Counted from the first letter of the stretch, positions 1-8,653 are shown. The stretch: 13,121 nucleotides of DNA from a bacterium (GCA_029555085.1 JAKPTO010000009.1:1-13121); one strand, 5' to 3'. The notes: generated from the letters alone by a model not told the origin. Program-made: numbers and translations.

Positions 1-395
1 AAACTTGTTTGTATTTCCACATCTCTTTTTCGTTCATATTCAGGATCAATTCCAATAATAATTCGTTTATCATAATTGGATAGTCCATATCTACCAAGTT
101 CATATAGAACAATTGGGTTTGGGCTTCCTCTAGAAAACCAAAATGTTATTATATCTGCAGTTGTAAGATGACGATATTCCCAGACAATTTGTTCTTCACT
201 GGCGTTAGGATTGTGAATTGGGAAATTTTTTCTTCTTGGGTTATATATTGTTAAATTATCATGATGTTTTATAAGTTCAATTAATTCAGATTGCCAGTCC
301 GGACAATTTGTTATTCCGCCAGCTAGAAATAATTTTTGTGAATGATATATCGAAAGATTATGTTTTTCATTTGGTGCGGTAATAATATGTGCCAT
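1..395 (-). CDS. Nucleoside 2-deoxyribosyltransferase-like protein (3' end runs off the window)
   Basis: Manual translation from ATG at 395: MAHIITAPNEKH...KLFLAGGITNCPDWQSELIE...IYNPRRKNF...EQIVWEYRHLTTADIITFWF...PIVLYELGR. The FLAG, DWQ, NPRR, QIxWE and LYELG motifs match the Nuc_deoxyri_tr2-type family. Absent from the ORF track because it is truncated. An in-frame upstream ATG exists at 488. Confidence 0.8.
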   Translation of the reverse strand, partial: MAHIITAPNEKHNLSIYHSQKLFLAGGITNCPDWQSELIELIKHHDNLTIYNPRRKNFPIHNPNASEEQIVWEYRHLTTADIITFWFSRGSPNPIVLYELGRYGLSNYDKRIIIGIDPEYERKRDVEIQTS

Positions 396-413
396 AATTA
401 TTTTATTTTTTTT

Positions 414-449
414 TAGTTTTTCAATTTCTTCTTCTAGTTTTTCAATTTC
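414..449. repeat. Two 15-bp direct repeats, period 21
   Basis: tagtttttcaatttc at 414-428 and 435-449. On the minus strand these encode EIEKL-EE-EIEKL, a coiled-coil heptad. Confidence 0.6.
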
Positions 450-527
450 ATTAATTGTATCTTGTATGTCCAACGCCACGATTAACATTATAATATGTTA
501 ATAATTCATTTAATATTTCTTTTATTT

Positions 528-848
528 TCATTGCGTAATTGTTTGAATTTTTTTAACATATCCGGATTTGTTTGTTGCGCCGATCATTCGATCAATCACA
601 TCACCATTTTTGAAAAATAAAACTGCTGGAATATTTCTTATACTATATTGTAATGTGATTGTTGGGTTTTCATCCACATTACATTTGGCAACAATGATTT
701 CATCTGAATATTCGTTAGATATTTCTTCAAGAATTGGTGAAATCATTCTACAAGGACCACACCATGGTGCCCACAAATCAACCATTACGGGTTTTGAAGA
801 ATTTAACACCACGGAATTAAAATTTTTTTCTGTTACATCTATTGTCAT
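528..848 (-). CDS. trxA: Thioredoxin
   Basis: 106 aa with the WAPWCGPC active site and the IRNIP cis-Pro loop. Canonical length. Confidence 0.95.
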   Translation of the reverse strand: MTIDVTEKNFNSVVLNSSKPVMVDLWAPWCGPCRMISPILEEISNEYSDEIIVAKCNVDENPTITLQYSIRNIPAVLFFKNGDVIDRMIGATNKSGYVKKIQTITQ

Positions 849-1096
849 TATTTTTCAATTTTTTTAAATATTACTCCACAATTTTCACAAACAAAATAAT
901 CATCAATGATCCACGATCGAAATCCCCGGCCAAATACGCCATTATTATTTCTTTTTATAATGTGTTCGTTATTTTTTGATTTACAGACGGGACAAGTTAC
1001 ATTATGAATTTTATTATCTTGATTGGTTTTTTCTTCAATGATCTTTGTTTTTCTTTTATATCTATTATTGGCAATATATTCACCCATTTTTTTCAT
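848..1096 (-). CDS. Small zinc-ribbon protein
   Basis: CPVC...CENCG cysteine pairs. Its stop overlaps the thioredoxin start (TAATG). Confidence 0.7.
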   Translation of the reverse strand: MKKMGEYIANNRYKRKTKIIEEKTNQDNKIHNVTCPVCKSKNNEHIIKRNNNGVFGRGFRSWIIDDYFVCENCGVIFKKIEK

Positions 1097-1114
1097 ATAA
1101 AATGTTTAATTTAT

Positions 1115-1145
1115 AAAATATACGAAAAAATATATGAAAAACAAA
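1115..1145 (-). promoter_or_regulatory. Putative Bacteroidota-type housekeeping promoter
   Basis: Minus strand TTTG-N19-TATATTTT, upstream of the ATG at 1096. Resembles the -33 TTTG / -7 TAnnTTTG consensus with one mismatch. Confidence 0.5.
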
Positions 1146-1151
1146 ATTATT

Positions 1152-2030
1152 TTAAGAATAATTTCGAATCAACAGTTCTTTAATATTTCCTCTTTTTGAA
1201 CCATCGGAATTAATTGACCTTTTTGCATTGACTCTCACAATACTATATTTTGAATATAGCTCATCAAAAAAATTATCGTCTGGATTATAATTTTTGGGAT
1301 CAGAATTACTTAATAACCACAAATGGTTTTCATTATGAAGATTATTACAAAATCTGGCTAGTCTAGTTTGTGACATATCATCAAAACCATCAGTGGTATA
1401 TGTGTTAAATGATGATGTTTGATTTAGTGGTCTATATGGCGGATCAAAATAAAAAAACGATTTACCTTCTATATAGTTAAAAGTTTTTTCGAAATCATCA
1501 TTTAATATAATTACATTTTTAAGATTTTGACTATTAGTTAATAATATTTTTTCATCACAAATTTTGGGATTTTTATATTTTCCAAACGGAACATTAAACT
1601 CGTTTTTTTTGTTCACTCTATAAAGTCCATTATAGCAGGTTTTATTTAAAAAAATAAAATATGCGCTTTGTATAACGGGATTATTATTTCGTTCATTAAA
1701 TTTTTGACGAATTTCCAAATAATAATTTTTACGTTCGTCTAATGAAAATGTAAAATATTTTTTTTGTAAAATTTTTAATTGTGATATAAGTTCGTTGGCA
1801 TTATCTCGTATTATTATATATGTTGTAGTTAAGTCAGTATTAATATCATTAATGATTACATTTTTTACGTCACTGAAATTACGTAAAATCCAAAATAGGA
1901 CGGCACCGCCACCAACAAAAGGTTCGACATATGTGTTTATATCACTATTTAATTCAGTTGGAATATATTCGCGAATATGGGTTAACATTTGTGTTTTACC
2001 CCCCGCCCATTTTAAAAAAGGTTTTGACAT
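1152..2030 (-). CDS. dam: Dam-family (D12 class) DNA adenine methyltransferase
   Basis: FLKWAGGK, EPFVGGG (SAM-binding motif I), NGLYRVN..FNVPFG and catalytic DPPY. No cognate endonuclease is adjacent. Confidence 0.92.
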   Translation of the reverse strand: MSKPFLKWAGGKTQMLTHIREYIPTELNSDINTYVEPFVGGGAVLFWILRNFSDVKNVIINDINTDLTTTYIIIRDNANELISQLKILQKKYFTFSLDERKNYYLEIRQKFNERNNNPVIQSAYFIFLNKTCYNGLYRVNKKNEFNVPFGKYKNPKICDEKILLTNSQNLKNVIILNDDFEKTFNYIEGKSFFYFDPPYRPLNQTSSFNTYTTDGFDDMSQTRLARFCNNLHNENHLWLLSNSDPKNYNPDDNFFDELYSKYSIVRVNAKRSINSDGSKRGNIKELLIRNYS

Positions 2031-2039
2031 TATTAACTA

Positions 2040-2894
2040 TTACACGTTTTTTATTTTTTCAAAAAAATCACGTTGTTCTTCAATTTGTGTTTTTAACGAT
2101 GAAATATTAAATTGTTTGATATTATAAATTGTGGTTAATGATCTATCAATAGGTAAATCACATTCAAATGGTATCACAGTAACATTGAGATTATATATAT
2201 CTGAAATTAATTTAACTAGTTCGTATTTGGTAACAACTTCTGGCGAAAATATGTGTCTTGCGCCTTTCCAGAAATTATTATTAACTATTATATTTTCGAT
2301 TATTTTTGCTAGTTGTAAACAAGTAACACCATTCCATCTATTATTAATATAACCACGAACAGTTTGATTTTTCATTGATTTCACCCACTCAATTAGAGAT
2401 CTGGATCGTCCAATTTCTTCACCAATAATTGATGTTCTGATTACTGTGGATTTTTCTGGTTCACCAAGTGATTTTGTTTTTCCATATATATCAGTACAAT
2501 CATGTGGATGGGTTTCGTTATATTGTCCTTGTTTTCCTGAAAATACGGTATCAGTAGAAATATGAATTAATTTCCAGTTTTCATTTTCATACAAATCACT
2601 CAAATATAATGGAAATAATGAATTAATTTTAATTGCTGTGACTTTATCCTGACTATTGGGTTGTATTCCATTTGTTGTAATACGATTAATTACAATATCA
2701 CCAATACAATTAATTATAATATCATTCAGCATGACACCCTTACGAAATAATGATTGTTTTAGTTGTGTTTTATCGAGATCTCTAACATCGATATCTGCCC
2801 GTGATAAACCAACCACATCTAGTCCCTGAGAGATAAGATAAGAATATACATATCTTCCCAACATTCCTTTATATCCGAGCACATATATTTTCAT
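2040..2894 (-). CDS. RmlD-like SDR (dTDP-4-dehydrorhamnose reductase family)
   Basis: GYKGMLG Rossmann motif, HISTDTVFSG, catalytic YGKTK followed by LGE, and RTSIIG. Confidence 0.85.
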   Translation of the reverse strand: MKIYVLGYKGMLGRYVYSYLISQGLDVVGLSRADIDVRDLDKTQLKQSLFRKGVMLNDIIINCIGDIVINRITTNGIQPNSQDKVTAIKINSLFPLYLSDLYENENWKLIHISTDTVFSGKQGQYNETHPHDCTDIYGKTKSLGEPEKSTVIRTSIIGEEIGRSRSLIEWVKSMKNQTVRGYINNRWNGVTCLQLAKIIENIIVNNNFWKGARHIFSPEVVTKYELVKLISDIYNLNVTVIPFECDLPIDRSLTTIYNIKQFNISSLKTQIEEQRDFFEKIKNV

Positions 2895-3055
2895 GTTTTG
2901 AAATTATCACGATATTTTTTATTATATAAATCAATATAACAATCAATGCAAAGTTGACCAACGCCTTCAATATAATTATCTCTTTGTTCGATATTCATAT
3001 CTTTCGGATACGGTGTTTCTTTTCCACATATCACACAATTTTCCTTTTCCATCAT
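2891..3055 (-). CDS. Small Cys4 zinc-finger protein, 54 aa (not in ORF track)
   Basis: Manual translation: MMEKENCVICGKETPYPKDMNIEQRDNYIEGVGQLCIDCYIDLYNKKYRDNFKT. Two CxxC pairs. Its TGA overlaps the RmlD-like ATG (ATGA). Confidence 0.75.
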   Translation of the reverse strand: MMEKENCVICGKETPYPKDMNIEQRDNYIEGVGQLCIDCYIDLYNKKYRDNFKT

Positions 3056-3078
3056 CTATTTTTTTTATTTCATTTGTG

Positions 3079-3696
3079 TCATTGTTTTATATATAATGCA
3101 TCCCCCCACGTTCCACCAGCCCAAAATGTTTCGACTCTAACAAAAGCAAAATTAGACAAAAACAAATCAAGTTCATTTTCTTGTACACAATTTTTATATA
3201 ATGTATCACGATTTATTTCTGTTATTATATAATCGATATATTCTAATGATTTCGTCGCACCTTTAAAAACTTCCAATTCATAACCTTGAACATCAATGTT
3301 AATTAAATTAAATAAATTTCTATCATATTGAATATTATCAAGTTTATTAATTAAAACGGTTTCTTTTTTATCAAATACAATTCCCGGATACTGTGTTAGG
3401 TGTTTATCCGGCTCAAGTATTGAACTGCTCATACCCTGGTTGGTGGTTTCAACAAACATATCGATTTCACCTTCAAAATTACCCAAAGCAATATTATACG
3501 CTTTAATTGTTTCACCAAATTGAATATTTTTCAATAAAACATTAAAATTATTTTTTAATGGTTCAAAATATATTATATTGTGTATGTTATGTATTAAATA
3601 TTCAATATGTTCTTGGCCATAATGTGCTCCGATATGAAGTACACCTTTTATCTTAAGATTATAATTTTTAATTATATTATCAAAATTTAATAACAT
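3079..3696 (-). CDS. FkbM-family SAM-dependent methyltransferase
   Basis: LHIGAHYG, FEP, NIALG, SSILEP and NIDVQGYELEVFKGA motifs. Confidence 0.88.
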   Translation of the reverse strand: MLLNFDNIIKNYNLKIKGVLHIGAHYGQEHIEYLIHNIHNIIYFEPLKNNFNVLLKNIQFGETIKAYNIALGNFEGEIDMFVETTNQGMSSSILEPDKHLTQYPGIVFDKKETVLINKLDNIQYDRNLFNLINIDVQGYELEVFKGATKSLEYIDYIITEINRDTLYKNCVQENELDLFLSNFAFVRVETFWAGGTWGDALYIKQ

Positions 3697-4488
3697 TTAT
3701 TCATATATTATTTCAATTTCTTGATGACATGAAATATTTTCGATACCATCGATATTTTTCATGCTAATTATTTTTCCTTCTAAAAAATTATTATTTAGAT
3801 CAATAGTATTGACATTGCCATGTATATTACCATTAACGGTTTGAACTTTATTACATGGATTATTTACAATTATTGATTTATCATAGCAAATCATTTTTGG
3901 TTGTCTCATGGGTCGTGACGCCCACATTCCTTCCATTATATTCGGATTTGTATAATATAGATTTACAACATATGGGTAAATTTGTTCAGTTCTAAAAATA
4001 TGTCCATCTAATGACATTGGGTATCCATAATCTCCTTGTTCACCCATCCAGTGAAAAGTATTATTATCCAAAAAAATCGGTTGATTAATTGGTCTTTTTC
4101 CTTCAGGATAACAAATTGATATATTTTTATGAAGTCGTAAGCTTCTACATAAAATTTCTTTATCGTTATTAAAGATTTCCATTTGTTCATCAAAAAAGTC
4201 AAATGGATTTTTGAAAATATTATCATCAACAAAAAATACTGTATATTTTTTATTCGTGTCAATTGTTTCAATAACATTTTGCTTAAAATTACTTTCTCTT
4301 ATGTATTCAACATTAGAATATTTCATTTCAAATAATTTCCGATAGCCCTTTTCATATTGATCATCCGTGCAAAGATAAATCACTTTAATTGTATAATTGT
4401 CAGCATTGGCAACATATTTTTTAAAACTTCTTATAAAAAGTTCTAGTTGGGCAGCTCTATTTTTACTGAATACAATTATATTAATCAT
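3697..4488 (-). CDS. Putative GT-A fold glycosyltransferase
   Basis: N-terminal IIVFSKNR strand as in GT2-like enzymes and a VFFVDD DxD-like motif. Lies between the GT25 and FkbM genes. Confidence 0.6.
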   Translation of the reverse strand: MINIIVFSKNRAAQLELFIRSFKKYVANADNYTIKVIYLCTDDQYEKGYRKLFEMKYSNVEYIRESNFKQNVIETIDTNKKYTVFFVDDNIFKNPFDFFDEQMEIFNNDKEILCRSLRLHKNISICYPEGKRPINQPIFLDNNTFHWMGEQGDYGYPMSLDGHIFRTEQIYPYVVNLYYTNPNIMEGMWASRPMRQPKMICYDKSIIVNNPCNKVQTVNGNIHGNVNTIDLNNNFLEGKIISMKNIDGIENISCHQEIEIIYE

Positions 4489-4489
4489 T

Positions 4490-5185
4490 TTAAAAACTAT
4501 TTAAGTCGCTACCAGCATAAAATGTGTGTTTATTTTCGATATCACTAAAACTAGAACGTTGTATTGCTAAACTAGGTATAAATGTATAAGCATTATACCC
4601 ATCTCTTTGTGAAAAGAAATGAATATTATCAATTGCTTCACCGGGATATTTTTGTATTTGATTTAACAAATCGTTATAAAATTTTGAATTAAATGCCACT
4701 GCGTGGGCACATTGTGTCCATGGTGTTTTACATAATTCATAATCAAGTGTTTTATAATTTGATTTATTTGGTACAAAAGTTTTATCACCAGTAATCATTT
4801 GGAACTTACCCCAGCCACAATGTAAAATATGATTACCACCCAAATAAAACATATCCCAGTCATCGGGTAAGAAATCTATTTTGGCATTAAATTTTTCATA
4901 AAAATTATCTATAAAGGCTACATCATCTTCGAATAAAAGAAAATTTTTGTAATTGTTTTTTATTGCATCTTTTATGATTTCAATATGTGTTAAAAGTAAT
5001 GCAAAAGCTCCAGGTGGGTATTTAAATCCTGGTGGTGGTTTTATAAATCGTCCATCTAAAGCCGAAATTCTTTCAACTACAATATTTAATTTTTCAAATT
5101 CTTTTTGACTTTCTTCCCATCTATCAGGTCTTCTATCTAGATTTATACATACAATTTTGTCAAAATAATCATTTAATGTTTTCAT
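4490..5185 (-). CDS. Glycosyltransferase family 25
   Basis: CINLDRRPDRW, RISALDG, LLFEDDV and DWDMFYLG motifs. Confidence 0.85.
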   Translation of the reverse strand: MKTLNDYFDKIVCINLDRRPDRWEESQKEFEKLNIVVERISALDGRFIKPPPGFKYPPGAFALLLTHIEIIKDAIKNNYKNFLLFEDDVAFIDNFYEKFNAKIDFLPDDWDMFYLGGNHILHCGWGKFQMITGDKTFVPNKSNYKTLDYELCKTPWTQCAHAVAFNSKFYNDLLNQIQKYPGEAIDNIHFFSQRDGYNAYTFIPSLAIQRSSFSDIENKHTFYAGSDLNSF

Positions 5186-5225
5186 GTATTTAAATGTTAA
5201 TTTTTTTATAATTTTGAATCACCAT

Positions 5226-5450
5226 CAAAATATTCTGTTTTACCTCTGACTACTCCCACCACTAAAGTAGTGGGGTTCTTGGGACAGGCATAGTGCAACC
5301 ACTTACCTTATGTCCACAAAGGGATAGTCCTTCCCTTTCAATATTTATCGCAGCGTTTATGTCCCTATTATGAGCCACCCCGCATTTGGGGCAAGTCCAT
5401 TCCCTGACGGACAAATCCTTGACTTCTTCATTCTTGTACCCACACTCAGA
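5226..5450 (-). ncRNA. Predicted TnpB omegaRNA/reRNA scaffold plus flank-derived guide (5' boundary approximate)
   Basis: TnpB guide RNAs are known to overlap the ORF 3' end and the element right end. The minus strand reads GAACCCCACTACTTTAGTGGTGGGAGTAGTCAG followed by flank AGGTAAAACAGAATATTTTG. Confidence 0.55.
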
Positions 5451-6517
5451 ACAAGTCTGACTGCTTGCAAACCACTTGTCTATCTTTACAAGACTGTCGC
5501 ATTTGTATTCAAGCATATTGATGAACATTCCCCATCCGCAATCTGATATTGCCTGCGCAAGGTGATGGTTCTTCATCATTCCTTTCACATTCAAACTCTC
5601 AACGCATACAGTAGAGTAGTTCTGCGCAATCCAAGTGCTGACTTTATGCAAGTAGTCGTATCTTTGGAAGGCGATATGCTCTTGCAGTTTAGCAACCCGC
5701 TTGACTGCTTTCTTCCAATTGTTTGACTGTTCTTCCCTTTTCTTGCCTACTTTGTATCTTCTGTTGGCAGTCCTTTGCAACACCCTCAGTTTCCTGAGAT
5801 TTGACTTAAGGTATTTTTGGTTTTCAAACACCTTTCCATCGCTTAATGTTGCAAATTCCTTGATACCGACATCGATGCCAACAGACTTGCTGTTATTCAG
5901 TTTTGCCTTGCCCGCTGTCTCATACAACACGGAAATGAAATACCTGTCTGTAGTTGTATGTGTTATGGTATAGGACTTTATATTTCCCTTTATTTGCTTG
6001 TTGTGCCCCTTATATATTCTGACAGTTCCAATCTTTGCTGTCTTTACTGTCCAATTGTTGTAGTCAATTACACAGGCAGCAGGTATTCTGAAACTATCCC
6101 TATACCCTTTCTTCTTGAACTTGGGGTATCCCTTATTTCCTCTTTTGAAAAATTGGTCAAAGGCATTCCCCATGTTAATCACAGCTTGTTGCAGAGTTTG
6201 AGACGGTACTTCCTTTAGATATGGCAACTCCTCTTTCAATGAAACTAACCCATTTATCAAATCATAGGTGCTTATTTTCCGCTTTCCATCCTTATATGCA
6301 CTAATCTTCCTGTCCAACATTATGTTGTACACTTTCCTGCAACACCCACAAGTCTGCTTGATTAACTCCTTCTGGGTATTGGTAGGGTTTAGTTCATATT
6401 TGACGGCTCTAAACATTACTTGAACTTCTGATTTTCTTTTTATTAATATATGAAAAATATATTTTTAGTGGGCTTTCATCCCACATCTAAAGAAGTGGGG
6501 TTTCCCGTCCACCTTTC
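5246..6517 (-). mobile_element. IS200/IS605-family, TnpB-only (IS1341-like) element
   Basis: tnpB ORF flanked by two related subterminal hairpins: tcccaccactaaagtagtggggtt (5254-5277) and tcccacatctaaagaagtggggtt (6479-6502). GC content is visibly higher than the flanks and there is no tnpA. The right end is inferred at TCAG (5249-5246). The left boundary is uncertain. Confidence 0.85.
5262..6416 (-). CDS. tnpB: TnpB RNA-guided endonuclease
   Basis: N-terminal HTH (KYELNPT..Q...CRKVYN), GYPKFKKK, RuvC residues in GIDVG, VESL and RDINAA, and a CSEC...CPKC zinc ribbon. Confidence 0.95.
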   Translation of the reverse strand: MFRAVKYELNPTNTQKELIKQTCGCCRKVYNIMLDRKISAYKDGKRKISTYDLINGLVSLKEELPYLKEVPSQTLQQAVINMGNAFDQFFKRGNKGYPKFKKKGYRDSFRIPAACVIDYNNWTVKTAKIGTVRIYKGHNKQIKGNIKSYTITHTTTDRYFISVLYETAGKAKLNNSKSVGIDVGIKEFATLSDGKVFENQKYLKSNLRKLRVLQRTANRRYKVGKKREEQSNNWKKAVKRVAKLQEHIAFQRYDYLHKVSTWIAQNYSTVCVESLNVKGMMKNHHLAQAISDCGWGMFINMLEYKCDSLVKIDKWFASSQTCSECGYKNEEVKDLSVREWTCPKCGVAHNRDINAAINIEREGLSLCGHKVSGCTMPVPRTPLL

Positions 6518-6580
6518 ATAAATCTTCAAGTTTTTTTGTTTTTGGATTATAGTATTTTTTCATCTAATTCATTATTTATT

Positions 6581-6611
6581 AAAATATAGACAATTTTTGG
6601 TTAATATCAAA
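6581..6611 (-). promoter_or_regulatory. Putative Bacteroidota-type promoter for the tnpB / glycosylation unit
   Basis: Minus strand TTTG-N19-TATATTTT, with boxes and spacing identical to the 1115-1145 site. Confidence 0.5.
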
Positions 6612-6653
6612 GTTTTGAATAAAAAAACGTAATTATTTATATATTTATGATAT

Positions 6654-7802
6654 ATGAAAATCCTTATCTCTGAAAAACAGTTAAAATGGGTTCTAAAAAC
6701 ACAAGATGTTCTCGAAGAACAATCCGATACCCTTAACGATCAAAGATTGTTGATCGTTTTACAAAATCGTATTAATGATATTCTCGATAAAAAAGAAAAA
6801 GAAATTCTCAATCGTACAAGTATTAAAATTGTTAATAATAAAGGACAATTAAGTTTACAAATTGGTGAAAGAATCTATCCAATGAGAAGAATGGTTCAGG
6901 GTGTTTATGCGTTAATTATTCCTGAAAGAAGTAAACTAACGTTTGGTGTTACATCCTCAGCCGATTTAATACCTGAAATTGAAAAAATAAACGAATATAA
7001 AATTCTTTCTGAAAAATATCCAAATTTAAGAGCACAAATTGAAAATAATTTGGTTAATGGTGTTATTTTTACCGATCAAAATAACCAAGGAACATTTAAA
7101 CTAACTATAACCAGAAAACTTCCAGATGTAAAAGAATATAAATCTGCGGTTGATTTTGGTAGTGAATATCCTTTGGGTGAATTTTTTGAAAGAAATAAAT
7201 TGATCTATAAATTCGGAAATGATATGTTCGGCATATTGGAATCCGGTCAACTTAATATGAATTTGGCTGGTATTCCACTTAAATTAGAACAAACCACAAA
7301 CAGACCACAAGTTGCTGTTGCACCCATTTCAATAAGTACGATGGCTCTTGGTGATGTCTTCAACTTTGATAGTATTGAATTTAAAGATGAAAATTTAGCA
7401 CGAAGACAATATGGTGCGTTTATACAACAAATACGACATCTCATTCAGAAATATGGTGAGCCTTTCATTAACCACATGAAATCACAAAATCCAACAATAT
7501 ATGGTTATTCTAGTGTTGATGCCGATCCAGAACAACCAATAACTGGTGGTTATAAACCATGTGCTGGAAATAAAACAAGACGAGATTATGATTTATGCCT
7601 TTCACAAGAAAGAGCCCGGGTCATTGCCGACATATTAAATAAAGAACTACCCGAATTGGGTGGTATTTTTAAATTTAAAGGAATGGGTGAAACTACCAAA
7701 TTTGGTCCGGGGTGGACCAAAGAAAATCCAACCGTTCCAGAAGTTACAGCACCAAACAGACGATATGTTTTAAGTGATATTCAACCGTTCACAATAAAAT
7801 AG
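6654..7802 (+). CDS. Protein with C-terminal OmpA-like peptidoglycan-binding domain
   Basis: F.FDS...IYGYSSVDA...LSQERA..IA..L...GMGET...NRR matches the OmpA_C pattern, with the GHTD position degenerate. No hydrophobic signal peptide. Starts with the MKILISEKQ leader. Confidence 0.7.
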   Translation: MKILISEKQLKWVLKTQDVLEEQSDTLNDQRLLIVLQNRINDILDKKEKEILNRTSIKIVNNKGQLSLQIGERIYPMRRMVQGVYALIIPERSKLTFGVTSSADLIPEIEKINEYKILSEKYPNLRAQIENNLVNGVIFTDQNNQGTFKLTITRKLPDVKEYKSAVDFGSEYPLGEFFERNKLIYKFGNDMFGILESGQLNMNLAGIPLKLEQTTNRPQVAVAPISISTMALGDVFNFDSIEFKDENLARRQYGAFIQQIRHLIQKYGEPFINHMKSQNPTIYGYSSVDADPEQPITGGYKPCAGNKTRRDYDLCLSQERARVIADILNKELPELGGIFKFKGMGETTKFGPGWTKENPTVPEVTAPNRRYVLSDIQPFTIK

Positions 7803-7804
7803 AT

Positions 7805-8590
7805 TTAAGATATATAAACAAACGAAACATATACAGTTCTATTTTTTCTGTAATAATATGCGGCAACACCAACAACAACAGCATTTTTATAATCACCATT
7901 TAAGAAATGTGTGTGGTGTATAGATTTGTTCCAGCCATTTATTAAATCCTTGGCAATTTCATAATATGTGTATTTATAATTCATTGGAAGATTTTCAAAT
8001 GAAACCGACCCGACAATTTCACCATAAGATAAAATATAATCTTCTGCATATGGATCCCAATTAGCTTGTAAAAAATAAGTTCCTCTCATTTCATTTATAA
8101 GCATAACTTTTACCGTGTCGGGTAGATCGTTAAAAATTCTATCTGGATTGCCATCACGATCAATATCATACCATTTTGGATTATGAAATTTCATCATTTG
8201 ATTAGATGGAATTCTATCGCAATTATTTTTAAAATAATAATAATTGTCTCTAGAAATTATTCGTTCGACAACTGAAGAACGAATTAACGAATCACCATTA
8301 TGAATCTTTTTTTGATAATCGTTCATTGCTTTAAACAAAACATCACACATTCTTTTTTCATCGAAATTATTAAAATCGATATATTCGTTCAACACCTGTA
8401 ATTTTGGTGATGTTGGGGGAGTATAAACATCATTTAATGAATGTGTGTTAGAAGAAACATCATCATCAACCCATATTGATGAATCAGATTTAAAGTTTTG
8501 ATAATCCGAATTGTTTCGGTAATCGGTGTAGAAAATCACTGCAATAACCATTATTGCGATAAAAATAAAAAAATTAACTGTTCTTTTCAT
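7805..8590 (-). CDS. Membrane-anchored CAP/SCP-like domain protein
   Basis: N-terminal TM helix FFIFIAIMVIAVIFY. LF..MNDYQ, YGEI and LINGWNKSIHH..FL...VVVGVA resemble CAP motifs (W..S..H). Confidence 0.6.
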   Translation of the reverse strand: MKRTVNFFIFIAIMVIAVIFYTDYRNNSDYQNFKSDSSIWVDDDVSSNTHSLNDVYTPPTSPKLQVLNEYIDFNNFDEKRMCDVLFKAMNDYQKKIHNGDSLIRSSVVERIISRDNYYYFKNNCDRIPSNQMMKFHNPKWYDIDRDGNPDRIFNDLPDTVKVMLINEMRGTYFLQANWDPYAEDYILSYGEIVGSVSFENLPMNYKYTYYEIAKDLINGWNKSIHHTHFLNGDYKNAVVVGVAAYYYRKNRTVYVSFVYIS

Positions 8591-8611
8591 TGCGTTTAAA
8601 ATTTTAATTAG

Positions 8612-8644
8612 TAAAGATAACGTATTTTTTTTGATATTTCCAAA
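8612..8644 (-). promoter_or_regulatory. Putative Bacteroidota-type promoter
   Basis: Minus strand TTTG-N21-TATCTTTA, directly after a terminator and 21 nt before the ATG at 8590. Confidence 0.55.
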
Positions 8645-8653
8645 TTTTTTTAT

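Noticed and set aside
1152-2894. Dam as part of a restriction-modification system
   Set aside because: No endonuclease-like neighbour. It is best read as an orphan methylase.
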